Below are positions 25,767 through 38,217 of a stretch of 64,000 bases of DNA, in pieces. Every line of letters begins with the position of its first letter. Within the stretch, counting starts at the first letter, position 1. Source of the stretch: Lytechinus pictus (lineage: Eukaryota); assembly GCF_037042905.1 (NCBI RefSeq), contig NC_087263.1:11844001-11908000 (forward strand), given 5' to 3'. Position numbers and translations under genes: made by a program. Below the pieces are notes generated by a model, which saw only the letters and a program-made list of their open reading frames with translations, ran no database searches and was not told the DNA's origin.

Positions 25767-27199
25767 GTCCCCCCCGTTCTATAAAACTCGGTCCCTCGAG
25801 TTTCCAACCCAAATGGACGCTATCCAAACCAGACACCAGGCAGAGGGAGGAAAAAATTCTCCACTCCCTAGGTACCCCAACCAGGAGACCTTATCTCCCG
25901 GCTGGGCATGAGTAAATACAAGCCCATTTAAAAATTCCCTTTGGTCTTTTATGTACACAATGCTCCTTAAAATTTGGCAAAAAGTACTTATGCAGCATTG
26001 TTCTGTCCCAAGTCTGCATTCCCAAAATTAATTATAATTTGCTACCCGTAATCAGCCATAAACATATTCCGTTCTTTTATAAATAAAAACTCCAAAACTA
26101 TCCAAAACACTTGGCACAACTGTGCTAAAAACTTGTTCAACACTTTAAACTTTAAAAACCCGTAACATGAAAACGGTAAAAACCCGTAATAACACCTAAA
26201 AACCTAGAGTTTTGAGGTTCTTTAAAAAACCCATACAAAACATATAGAACAATGGTATATATATATAAAAATATAAAACCCATACAAAAACCCATATCCC
26301 AGGAGGTCCCCCCCTTCCCAGAAAGCTCCACTTTCCCATAGCAGTGGGCTGCCGCTGGCCCTCCCCTGTCGAGGCACCATCTTACCCGGGCTGTGCAACA
26401 CATAGCATTCCCGTTCGGTTGAGAGACTGGAGCACCAGTACCCAACCTAGGTCCCCCAGGTGCAGGAAGGGGGCGTCAGCGCTGCCATTATGCGAAAAGG
26501 GCCATTTAAAACACTCCCCTCCAAAGCGGACCATGAAGCATTTCCTACATGGCCTAAATATACAAAAAAGATAGACGAAAACAACGAACACAACAGACAC
26601 AAAGAGGAGGCGACTCGGCTGGTCCCTCCCGTACAGAAAAACATATAGGGTCCTAAACGCGCTAAGCTAACCCAAGAATGCAAAGGGAATCGAAATCCCT
26701 TCGTGACAAATGGAGGACAGATCTCCTCCAGTCCCTTTTTCCTCACTACACCCCATAGAGTGCCAGATGGTTAATCCTAGCTTGCTCCATGAGGGTGAGA
26801 AACCTTATCTGCCGGGCTGAGGTGACAAGCTCTCCCACCTCGCTAGTGAACCCAGGGTAGGATCCTTCTCCTGTTCCACCCGTAACGGGTCGATGGGCAG
26901 CTGCCCATCGGTAACGCCCACTGGCCTCACCCTGACCGACTTGTACTGGACTGGCTCCATCTACAAGCTGAACCATTAGCCCCAATAGTACGGCTGCTTG
27001 CCTGTAATTCGGTAGAGGAACCGCGATCCAGGTGAACCCATTTTTCAACAGGGAGCGATCCCATCTCCCTTCCCTTCAATTTTTTTTTTTTTCAGTTTCC
27101 CCCAGCACCTCAGAGCAGGTTACCTTAAGGTGCCTATCAGATGGGTTCTGTTTTCCCAGCCCTGTAAACCGAACCGGGAACTAGGAGCAGTAAGCCATC

Positions 27200-28018
27200 C
27201 TAAGGGTTAAACATGAAATCCCCTAAACGTTGGTCTATAATGCCGGTGATCCGCTTGACTGCATTCGGAGGAACAATTACCCGCTTGTGCAAATGAATCC
27301 GGGCAATCTGCCGCCCAGGGTCATCACTATACCAAAGTGGAATCCTCTGACCTCCCAACTGCATATGCGGATCTAGGAGGTGAATCGCAGCCTTGCGCTT
27401 GCTGAGGAAATCTAATCCCAGGAGCATATGATCAGCTATAGGGGCTACATATACTTCCTCCGAGAACGTCTGGTTCCCAAGCTCTATTGAAAGGGGACCG
27501 ACAATTGTCCCTCTCATCTTCATATCCCGTCCCGCTGCATGTAGGATCACTTCTCTCAGTTTAGGGGGCTGGGGGTCCAGTGACTGCAGGAGCCTATCCG
27601 AGATGATGGACACCTCGGCTGCGGTATCTACAACTGCGCTTACTGGCTGCCCCCCTATAACAACTGAGACCTTGAGAGTAGAGCGCGACTCCAACCTACA
27701 CACCACTACCTCTTCAATCTCGCTTGCACACCCAAGCCCAGGGAGAGCATCTGGAACTGATTCCAGAATGGCTTCACCCAGGTCTGATATTCGGGTGTTC
27801 GAGGGAACTGGATCCCTCGCCGCAGCCTCTACATAAGTAGCTATTCCGGTTACATTATTCCCTGGGACTATCAGGCGCTCTGACATGCCCTCTGTTATTC
27901 CTTCAGATGAGCCTACAGATGGCCCCTCTGAGCTGCTTGCTAGCTTGGAACCCTCTATTTGGCCTCTGGCGGTGGGGGCCGGGGGCTGGCCAGCTCCTCC
28001 GACCCGCTGGAGTTTTCC
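27200..28018 (-). CDS. Truncated pol: retropepsin aspartic protease, in the -1 frame relative to gag
   Basis: AVVDTAAEVSII catalytic motif and MLLGLDFL; overlaps the gag 3' end; ORF stops at 27200 before any RT motif. Confidence 0.85.
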   Translation of the reverse strand, partial: GKLQRVGGAGQPPAPTARGQIEGSKLASSSEGPSVGSSEGITEGMSERLIVPGNNVTGIATYVEAAARDPVPSNTRISDLGEAILESVPDALPGLGCASEIEEVVVCRLESRSTLKVSVVIGGQPVSAVVDTAAEVSIISDRLLQSLDPQPPKLREVILHAAGRDMKMRGTIVGPLSIELGNQTFSEEVYVAPIADHMLLGLDFLSKRKAAIHLLDPHMQLGGQRIPLWYSDDPGRQIARIHLHKRVIVPPNAVKRITGIIDQRLGDFMFNP

Positions 28019-29679
28019 TCCTCCTGGTCCCCTACAAAGGAAACTTGTACCTTGGCCCTGTTTTCCTGGACCGAAGGACAATTGTTCCTGTAGTGGCCAA
28101 TCCCGCCGCACTCATAGCACCGGTCCCGACCGGGTGACCTCCCGCGTTCACGCGCTGGTTGGGGCCTAGTCTGGATAGCCTCCAGGACCTTCTTGAGGTC
28201 CCGTTCCAAACCACCCAGACGCTGCAGATCCCGCTCGATGTAGCCCAAGCGTTCATCGGTCTTGCGTTCTAGGTTCACCAACCTTTGCTCAAGGGCTGCA
28301 TTGTTCCCTTGGGGTAGTTCCACCTTACGGACCTCCCCTTCATTAGCCTTAGACACTGCCTTGGGACGCCCGTACATTGCGCGGTGCACGTGTTGGTGCC
28401 ACTCAATATACTTAAGCGCCTCATTCACGGTAGATGGATTCCGCGTAAGCGCGTGGCACCCCGCCTCTCGGTTGAGGGCGCCCTGGCACAGGCGAAGGAC
28501 CGCCTGTCTATTCGGGTAGGACCCATTGACCCCTGGAAAAGCACGCGCTGCTAGCTGGAGCACCCGGTCTGCCCAGTCTGGCAGGGATTCAGTGGGTCCC
28601 TGCTTGGCTGCCACAAACTCCAGCTGAGCAGATTCAGAGAGCCCTTCCTCCCCGAACCTGTGCTGCAGCCGGGCCACTAGACCTGCATATGGCATATTTG
28701 GCTCTTGGTCCAAGACCATTAGCAAATAATCTTCAGCCTTCCCTTTCAGGCCCCAGTATAGCTGGCTTACGCGCTCCATTGCAGTCCAATTATGGTGATC
28801 AGCAAAGGCGGAGAACTTTCTGAAGAAAGCCCTCCAGTTACCCTTGCCGTTGAAAGTGAGGGACTTTGGCAGCGTGTAATATGGTAATCCACCACCAGTC
28901 CCCCTTCCTGAGGAACCACTAGAATTCGCAGGTGACGCAGCCGGGCTACTAAGCGGCGAAGATGAACTGTACTGGGCTGGGCGTGTCATACCCGCCCGCA
29001 CATTCCTTGCGCTGTAATCTGGGGTAGGGGGTGGGGCTGAGGAGCCCCTCCCGTCTCCTACCCTGGTCTTTATACCTGCCCCTTGCCTCCCCCCTTGGGA
29101 GGGATGCTTAGCGGGGAGGTCATCACCTCCGGACCATTCGCTTGAATCACCACTTACCTGCATGCCTCTATTCGCATAGGCCCCATTAGCCTCTTCGCCT
29201 ATTAGGTGCCTGGGTCTGACCCTCGGCTCTACACCAACTCTCATACTTGCCTCTCGGGTGCTTGGGGGCTCGGGCCCCCGCTCCTCCCGGAAGTGAGATG
29301 AGCTGGCGCCCCAGGACCCACTAGACTGGTTACTTTGACTTGACCTAGGGGGCTGATGTTGGTCATAGGAGTAAACACCCCCGGAACCTGCCACCCCATT
29401 TTGGTCAGACTCGCTATGCGGGGTGCTCGCAGTGAGGCTTCCCCTAGGGGTAATAAAAATACTGCCCTCTACCCCTTGGGTGCCCTCCCAAAAATCTACT
29501 CTTCGTGCTAGCTCCCTATTGCTGCATAGCGCTGGGCTGCTCTCAAATAGCTCAGGGGTTATTTCCCCCTGATCCATTCGAATCCCCTGAATTATCCCAG
29601 CTAGGGCTGAACTTAGCCCTAGCGACCTGAACTCCTCAAAGGAGCACACATTGATAGGGATTTTCTCTTCCCCGTCCAT
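27955..29679 (-). CDS. gag: Retrotransposon Gag (574 aa, CCHC zinc knuckle)
   Basis: Intact ORF; capsid-like FNGKGNWRAFFRKF...KQGPTESLPDWADRV; zinc knuckle CYECGGIGHYRNNC. Confidence 0.92.
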   Translation of the reverse strand: MDGEEKIPINVCSFEEFRSLGLSSALAGIIQGIRMDQGEITPELFESSPALCSNRELARRVDFWEGTQGVEGSIFITPRGSLTASTPHSESDQNGVAGSGGVYSYDQHQPPRSSQSNQSSGSWGASSSHFREERGPEPPSTREASMRVGVEPRVRPRHLIGEEANGAYANRGMQVSGDSSEWSGGDDLPAKHPSQGGRQGAGIKTRVGDGRGSSAPPPTPDYSARNVRAGMTRPAQYSSSSPLSSPAASPANSSGSSGRGTGGGLPYYTLPKSLTFNGKGNWRAFFRKFSAFADHHNWTAMERVSQLYWGLKGKAEDYLLMVLDQEPNMPYAGLVARLQHRFGEEGLSESAQLEFVAAKQGPTESLPDWADRVLQLAARAFPGVNGSYPNRQAVLRLCQGALNREAGCHALTRNPSTVNEALKYIEWHQHVHRAMYGRPKAVSKANEGEVRKVELPQGNNAALEQRLVNLERKTDERLGYIERDLQRLGGLERDLKKVLEAIQTRPQPARERGRSPGRDRCYECGGIGHYRNNCPSVQENRAKVQVSFVGDQEEENSSGSEELASPRPPPPEAK

Positions 29680-31776
29680 GTTGTGTTTACCCTAATTGGT
29701 GTTATCCTAGCAAGGTTCAGTTAGGCCCAATACTGAGCCCAACCAAACCCCCGTTTAAATTATCCCAAAGCTATTCTAAAACTAGGTCTCAATCTAACCC
29801 AATCTATCTTATTAAATTCTTTCTTTTATTTTCTTTTGGCAACTAAATTACAAAAAAAGAGTCCAAAAGTATACCCCAATCAATTTATGGTTAGGCACAA
29901 TAATAAGCCCGACCAAGAACCTACTTAAATTTATCCCAAAGTGGCCCCAATAAATTCTTTTATTTTTTAGCGACTAGAATTATAAAAACCGGTAAAAGTC
30001 CAAAAATATACCTTTCCACAGTTAATGGTTAGGCACAATAATTAGCCCGACCAAAAACCTGCTAAAGTTATCCAAAAAAGCTATCCCAAAAAATTAGGTC
30101 CAAATGCAGACCCAATTTATTTTATAACAATTCTTTTATTTTTAGCAACTAAAATTATAAAACCGGTATAAGTCCAAAAATATACCTTTAACAGTTAATG
30201 GTTAGGCACAGTAATTAGCCCGACCAAAAAACCTGCTAAAGTTATCCAAAAAAGCTATCCCAAAAAATTAGGTCCAAATGCAAACCCAATTTATGGTATA
30301 AAATTCTAGCTTTTATTATTAATTAGATTAGTTTAGTCCGGTTGTTGCTAATAGTTTGCACAAGCACTGCCAAAAAGAATAATTGTAGCTCTAAAAATAT
30401 TTATATTAACCTCTAACGTTAAGCCTATCTTGTCTTTTATTAATTTACCTAGGCTATTTATTTTATTAATCCTCGAAGCTGGTTCTGTCCTCAATCACGC
30501 TAGTGACTAGTGCCCGCTCACACCACAGACAAATTACATGTACTTATTCACATACACAGTCACCCCACACTCTCTCCAAAATTTTTTTTTATTTCTTTTA
30601 TTTATTTGGCAACGGACTCCCCGCTACAACGAGTGGGTGGGTCCACACGCAACACAACACTACACACTGGCACCAAAAACCAACCTATTAGGTATGCAAT
30701 ACACAACCAATGGTCGTGCACAGTTGCACTGGATCTAACGTCAAACCCGGAAATGATCGGGCGGTCTAACTGGTTAGATCTCGATAATTACCGTGAATTC
30801 TACCCAGCTTCGAGTACAAAACGTTCCCCCAAAATTTGGACAAAACACCCTAAAACACCACACAAAATTCAAAATATCCGAAATAGGCAGGCGAGAGAGG
30901 ATTGGGATAATGCCCTACCTTTGTTGGTCAGTCTGGCTTCCCGTCCTACTCGCCCAAATAATCGCCGTTGTTTACCCGTATACGTGCGATGGATTGGTCC
31001 GGCCTGACGTCAGTTCGGATCTCAAACTAGACCCAAACGTTGAGCCGACGATGTAAAACAAGATGGCACCGGTCGGTGGCAGAGAGAACCAATAATATCT
31101 CTCCGCCAATAGATCGCCGTGAAATCTTGGATCGGGCCGTGCGCTTTTACCTAGCCGGAACACACACACTCTTACGCACCTCTCACCCCAACAAAAATAG
31201 TTCACTCACAAATCACTCGCAAAACGACACAAAAATCATCCAAACACCCAAAATCACAAGCAAATCACACAATCACACCAACGTGAAACACAGTCCACAA
31301 CTAAAAACGGATATTAAAGCACAAAACTAAAACAAACTCACAACACAACAACACGTGTGTTCTCCCCCCTTTTCTGGAAATTTCCGTCACGGGACCGGAA
31401 CTACCATCAGTCCCCGCGACGAAAACCTTACCAAAAAAGACAGGGGACGATTGCCTAAATATGTCCCAAATCAAGATTTAACCTCTCAATTCAGGACAAT
31501 CGCAAACATGAAACAAGGGACAATATTCATAGAATATACGCAATACGACAAGGCTCTGAATTTAGCCTTATCAACTGTAATTAGCCCAATCTAAAACTGA
31601 TTTCTCGTACTCGAGCGGCGACCATTTCCCCCCACGCAGCGGGGCATAGGGATTTGCTCGTCCGATGCGCAATAGGGGGCCGTTAGCTCGCCGCGAGACA
31701 ATTATACCCCAATTAATTTCAATAATTTGGCCTAAAATGCCCACAAAAGCAGGCACAGTCAGGCTCGCAGCGCCAC

Positions 31777-32014
31777 TGTAGCGGTCGCGCCCCCAGCTTG
31801 ACCACTAGGTTGATACCTGAAGCTAAGAATATAAGGAATAAATCACCTACCAGTAGTTTTCTGGAGTGATGTCCTTAGATCCTGTCTATTCCGTGTGAGT
31901 TCAGCTTCAAATACGATGATCCAAGGGATCCAACGTCCTCCAGCGTCTAAAAGGGGTCCAGCGCCATCTCCCGGTGGAAGACCTATATGGGGGGTGGGGT
32001 GACTTACTACAACA
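31777..32014 (-). repeat. 5' LTR
   Basis: Direct repeat of 25529-25766; followed on the minus strand by the PBS. Confidence 0.95.
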
Positions 32015-32905
32015 CGATTTACAAACATTAATTATCCCCGCTTTTTCAAAACTATGGCACTTACATTGCAGTCAGGAGTAATACATCAAACATAATAACG
32101 TTAGGCCCCTGCTTATTAAAGTTAGGAGCGCAAGGAAGGAGTCGTCCAATCACTCCAAATCTTAAAAGACTTAATTAATCAATGGCCAAGAATATCCTTT
32201 AACTTACACAAAAAGCCGTATGTAGGACCAAAGCACCTAATTGAATATCTAAGTTTTGAGATAAATTTGTTAATTTTGCAGTATCTATACCCAAAGAAAA
32301 TCAATTCCATATCACAAACACGCATAGAAAATAACTTACAGGTAAATCTCCGGCATAACCAAATAAATTGTCTGTCATCTTGTTTTTGCAGTGTTGAAAA
32401 TCCTGACTTTGGTAAAATCCATTTCATCCCAGTTGAAATAAAATATAAAGACGACAAAGGTTAGCACACTTTGGCAAGGGGGTACTTCTTTATTTGTGCA
32501 GCGAATATGATTTAATGATCAATATAATAATGCATGTTTGATTCATTACGATTCTACGAATTTATATTTTTCGATTTTGCATACCGTACTTCTTTTCTTT
32601 ATATCGATTTATATTTTCAAAAACTGATCAAAAATTCGCAAAATAACTCTTCTTGCGATAAACATTGTCATTTTACCCCTAAATCCATATGGACGTTTCC
32701 AATGTAACCTTTATCGCGCATGTGTAATGAGTCTCCGAAAAAACGAAAGGGCGAGGGAGCCATATTGCGAGTGTTTTACGAAATTTCCCGACCATACCGT
32801 TTAACAATTTTAATTCTCGAAATTTGTACTTTTTATTTGCGATTTTCATTTTGATCGGACCGATTATTAATGTTCTATAGTTTACAGTCAAGTATAGCGG
32901 CTTAA

Positions 32906-33359
32906 ATGGGGGACAGTAGTGAAGATATGGAAAATACAGAAGTTACCGAAGTGACGGTCGGAATTGCCGACATCTCCGAAGGTCTACCGAGTCCAAATGC
33001 CGACGATTCTGCCTTCGCGAATGATTCCGTTTCAGTATCGTCTGGTCAAATTAGCACTTCTGCTGTTACCGAACATGTTTTTGCAGCAACGCCTACAGGA
33101 ATATTTACTGCTAATGGACTGCCTGTTCAAGTGCAAGATGGTGCCCCTCTGAAACCAAGAATAATTGCTGTGGTGCAGCAAGCTGATGCAGCAGCTGCTC
33201 TTGTTGACGGTTTAAAGACTCCGGCTACCCCCTGCACTCCGTCGTCGCCATCGGGGGAGAAGCGGCACTATACGTGGGACGACACCGTTCACTTGGACGT
33301 GCTGCCAGTGAGATGCAGAAACAACGGTGCAGAACTGTTCAAATCTAAATTAGGTTCTG
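32906..33359 (+). CDS. DEAF1: Deformed epidermal autoregulatory factor 1, first coding exon
   Basis: ATG ORF ending YTWDDTVHLDVLPVRCRNNGAELFKSKLGS (start of SAND domain); donor gtaggt. Confidence 0.93.
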
Positions 33360-33989
33360 GTAGGTGTAATGTCTGGGAAATAAATACAAGATATACAATG
33401 AGGTTTTTCTAGTAGATGCAAATAGTGTGAATTAGGCCCTAAAAATGAATAAATCAACTGAACTGGGTTTTATACCGGTATACAGTAACTGAGTAAGTCA
33501 GTAACACTAACAGTAACAGTTAGAGGCGCACGGCCAATATTGGAGACTGTCTCCAATATCAGAGACTTGTAAAGAATTTGGGTATCCAAATTCATAGACA
33601 GTCTCCAGTTTTGGAGACCAATTTCCTTTGTTTACATTAGCTGCAAAAGGATTATTTACCTTGGCGGCAAATAAAAATGTGATAAGCAGATTCCTCATGA
33701 AAAATTACCCCTTTTCACCATCTACTTCAAAAATTCACCGTCAACTTTTGTTTTGACAAGGATTTTTGCTGTAAATCACACACAAAACAAATGGGCTTCT
33801 GACCTCAGTGAGACAAAATTTTGGGTGGAAAAAATCATGCTTTTGTTGGTGTTGTTTCTTTTGTCCTTTTGCAAAGCAAGTCTCCAATTTGGGAGATTGT
33901 CTCCCCTATTGGAGAGAGTCTCCCATATTGGCCGTGCACCTCTAGGGCCTACTGATAATATATTTATTATAATACAGGCCAAGGTGGTG

Positions 33990-34365
33990 ATGATCTACTG
34001 TATTAGTACCAACTCACTCATTGACATTACCTTCCTCACTCCTTCCTCATCCATGCATAGAGGTCATTCTCAGAAGATCTTTGTTCCCTTTGCCAGAACA
34101 CTTGTCTACCAGAGGAGCTTCTTCCCAGATTCGATAAGATTAAGACTTTGGAACTCCCTCCCCCAAAGCAAAGTTAATTGTACCTCTCTACACATCTTTA
34201 AACAAGAGGTACAAAAGACCCAGCTCCGTTAATAACGGTGGATTTTTTTACTTGCACGCTGTAAGCAATTTTTTATCGGATAATGTACATACACTTGCAC
34301 TCTGCACTTCACCAGTACGACAATACACCAGACGGTGGATTGTACTGTTTCCAGAAGAAGAAGGA
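33990..34365 (+). mobile_element. CR1/L2-group LINE 3' fragment
   Basis: RSFFPDSIR..LWNSLP motif followed by (gaa)n tail. Confidence 0.65.
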
Positions 34366-35791
34366 GCAATACCAAAACTTGATTCTAAAAAAGGGTGAAT
34401 CATGACTTCATGTGAATCTCACTGAGATCTGAGTCTGAGAATCTGATCTGATGTGATGAATTGAATGATATATCACTTCAGATTCACCCTTTTGTATCAT
34501 TGATAATTAATCGCATGCAAAAAAAGAATATAAAACATTGAATAGATCTGGTCAAAGACAAGGGTAAACTTCAAATTCAATTCACAGTATCCTTTCAGAA
34601 ATTCAGTGCCGTAACACGCGGGAGGGGGGGGTGAGCCAGCCAGGAGGCTCCTGGAGATTAATGTCATATCATTGACGTGCTTAATCTCCACGGAGCCAGG
34701 GACGGGATGCCATTGCTCTACACAAACCGAGTATTTTCGAGACAACAACGTTGCTCCAAAATACTAATTTTCTTTAGGGTTTTGACCCCAAACAAATAAA
34801 TCGAAAAAAATGAGAAAAATAATTAAGAGCAGGAGCCTTTACTCACCGTCTGTAATTGTCGCCATCTTGCCGTCTTTGTTATCGTAGCGTAGCTACAAGA
34901 CGCGTATTGAGGGCGACAATATCATGAGCAGTGCCAACTTAGATTTAAAATCGATTCATGATATTTATCGGCCAATGGTACTAGGAGTGGATAGACCATT
35001 AAGCTTGAGTGCTGATACAGCATACTTCCAGTATTTGCGGTAAGGTAAGGTAAAACAAAAGCAGAAGCAGACCTAAAATGACCTTTAACTGACATAAATG
35101 TGATCTAAATGCCCAGTGATCCATATATTTGCATTTGACTTTTCATTAGCTTTAATTTGATACCAAACATGACATGTTTATTTTGTAAAATATGAAAGTC
35201 ATATTTATGAGGTATGTAAAAAAATGGGTGTGGCCTATGACGTCAATTTAAAAAAATGCCCAAGGGTGCCCAAGTGGCACCCGTCGGATTTTTGAAGTAG
35301 ACACGCTATACTACAACTTTCATAAAAAAAATTGCATTTATACCCAACTTGATGGTCATGTTGTGGTTCTACTCGACTATTGTACCAGTTTTTATCGGAT
35401 GCAAAGTGGCATGGGTAGTCTACAGGGATAAGAATACATGGGCCTAGCCCCAATGAGCCTTTAGAAAAAAATAGGAATGAGCCCCTGAAATTCCCATAGG
35501 ATCTATGGACCCCTATGAAAAACAGCATTTGCTGATAGGGTGTTCCATCCTACGAGTGGTAAATAAAATAGTATAATTGTAAATTGTAATATACAAAGTA
35601 GCAAAATTTGAGCTGCTGAGCTCAAAAATAAGTCCTGGAAATTTTTTTTTTTACTCAGGTACAGTTAGTTATCAACTTCATGGAGAAATGCAGTAAAACT
35701 TTTGTAGGAAGGACTTTGATGTATTATATTCATTCGTTTCCCTTTTTTAAGACTTTTTAACCAACTTTTAGCTAACTTTTTTAATCAACAG

Positions 35792-35997
35792 GTGGGAGAG
35801 GCAAATGTGTCCGCTACAATGATCAGTGGTACACGCCATCGGAGTTTGAGTCACTGTGTGGGAGGGGTAACAGCAAGGACTGGAAGAGGAGCATCCGGTT
35901 TGGAGGTCGAACGCTCCAGTGTCTTATCGAGGAAAGCATCATCCAGCCCCACGCAGCCTCCTGCACCTGTGCATCCTGTTGTGACGATGATGGAGTG
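35792..35997 (+). CDS. DEAF1: DEAF1 exon (SAND domain and Zn-binding motif)
   Basis: [20 protein letters not shown]...[19 protein letters not shown]...[14 protein letters not shown]. Confidence 0.97.
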
Positions 35998-36018
35998 GTA
36001 AGAAGCGACTTTATTTAA

Positions 36019-36596
36019 AGGGGAATGAAACCTTTGAAACAGATAGGCTTGTGTCTAAACAGAAAAATCAAAGAATAAGAACAAAGAAAATTTGAGAAAA
36101 ATCAGACAAATAATGAGAAAGTTATGAGCATTTGAATATTGCAATCACTAATGCCATGGAGATCCTCCTATTGGCAATGCGACAAGGACGTGTGATGTCA
36201 CATGTGAACAACTTTCCCTTTGATGGACTATAAAATACCCCCCAAATGCCTCTTTTTGCCTTTTCTGATGATGATACAAACTCTTTATCCATGATTTAAA
36301 AAATCTGTATTACATGCCCTCCTATAGAAAGAACACATGATCTACTGATGGATGTGATAAAAGAGGCAGTTTAAATGAAATATACTAAAGTAATGGGGAG
36401 AGTTGTTCACAAGTGACATCACACATCTTTGTTGCATTGCCAATTTGAGGATCTCCATTGCATCAGTGATCGCAATATTCAAATGCTCATAACTTTCTCA
36501 TTATTTGTCTGATTTTTCTCAAACTTTCGTTGATCTGTTTCATTGATTTTTTATGTTTTCACACAAGCTATCTTGTTCCAAAGGTTTCATTCTCCT
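36019..36596. mobile_element. Palindromic TTAA-flanked (Kolobok-like) MITE
   Basis: ttaa|aggggaatgaaacctttg...caaaggtttcattctcct|ttaa with long inverted arms. Confidence 0.85.
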
Positions 36597-37610
36597 TTAA
36601 GCTCTAAGATCTAGGGTTTACGTTTAATTGTTCTAATTCCAATTCGCCCAATTGCCAACTCGTCTACTATCATTTGGTCTTCTATCGTTTTGTTCACTAT
36701 CCACATGGTCTAACTGCCAATTCATCCACTCACCATTTCGTCTCACAGCCACATGGTCCAATAGCCATATAGTCCATATACCATTTGGTCTAATTGGACT
36801 AGGTGTTAATTGTACAAAATGAATGAAAACAAAATAGGTATTAGACCAACTGGTTATGAGACAAAATGGTCATAGACGAACTGGTGATTAGACAAAGTGA
36901 TTGTTTGACCAAATGGTAAGTGGACTAAAAGGCTGTTAGATGATATGTTGATGGATGGAATGGCATTAGACTAAATGAAAGTAGACCATGTGACAAGTGG
37001 TTGACTTGGCAATAGACAAATTGGCAATTTACCTTACGATCTGAAGTCATCTGTGCCAAGTATTTTAGCATGAGGCCTGTTGTAAATTGCACAGGGTTCA
37101 AAATAATATTTTGCAACGTACGACGAACATGGATAGGAGAGGTGTTCTCATATAACATCACAAATTAGATATGAAACTTCCATAACTGTTTTTTGGGAAA
37201 GATTTAGGCATAGTCGAGCTGTCATCAAATGCCTTCAACGTGAGTTTCCAATTTAAATTTATACTGAGAGCTTTAAAGTAAGCCTATTGATTGAGTGCAT
37301 GAATGACAAGAAATAAATTAATTTTAAGTTGTAAGAACTTGGAAACAAAAGTATTGATACTCTCGACTTGTTTTCTGGTCTTCTAATCTAAGATTATGTC
37401 ATAATCTCTTTGTGCTTTTAATCTTACTTCTAACAGGAATTATTTCTTAGGGCTGTGTTTGATCTGATTTCATTCCATTTTTTTTTGGGGGGGGGGGGAC
37501 ACCTACCAAAAAATATCCCAAATAGCTTGCATTGCCTAAGCCTGCTACATATGTATGTTGAAATTATTTTGTTGCCCTCGTAATATGATGGTTTCCTTTT
37601 TGTTTTACAG

Positions 37611-37719
37611 TCTGGACCAGTCAGACTGTTTGTTCCTTACAAACGGAGGAAAAAAGATGAGAGGGAAAGCCTGCCCTCTACGCCTACTTTCAAGAAGAAG
37701 ATGCCCAAGCTAAAAGATG
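37611..37719 (+). CDS. DEAF1: DEAF1 exon (NLS)
   Basis: SGPVRLFVPYKRRKK, the DEAF1 NLS-containing motif; phase 0 to 1. Confidence 0.97.
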
Positions 37720-38217
37720 GTAAGCTTCTAGCAATTGTATATTTGTACATTTCCACCATCAGAAATGACCAAGGTATCCAGGGGATTTCACCTGCAAATC
37801 CCTCCCTTTTTCATGCTGAAAACAACATTCTATTATGAAACCCATTTCTAAATTCTGCATCAAAATTTTTTGCTATAAAATTGTGCATGAAGTCTCTGTT
37901 CATAACAAGAGGATACCATTTTGAATTCCAAATACCCTTCATGAATATATTACAAATTCATATCTGATGTAATGCTGGATTGAGTGCAACTCCATATATT
38001 CTACTGTGCTTTACACATGGTATTATTACCCTGTCTGTAGCTGGACGGACGTATTGGTTCGAAAGTATTCAATGCATAGGACTATTTCACCTCACCTGGG
38101 CCGCATTCGTTTTTCTGCATCCCTTTTTCTCTTTCTCTCTTCCTATATATTTTTCTCTGTTTCTCTCTCTATCTCACCTCATTCATATTATCTTTCAACG
38201 CTCCCCTCCTTTTACAG

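Larger units (their letters stand above)
25529..32014 (-). mobile_element. Ty3/gypsy-type LTR retrotransposon, internally deleted (gag + protease, no RT/RH/IN)
   Basis: 238-bp TG..CA LTRs at 25529-25766 and 31777-32014, near-identical; 4-bp TSD CGAT (25525-28, 32015-18); PBS TGGCGCTGCGAGC next to the right LTR; polypurine tract next to the left LTR. Confidence 0.95.

Noticed and set aside
25780..27200. env or third ORF in the LTR element
   Set aside because: Only short ORFs of about 100 aa or less, with no recognisable motif
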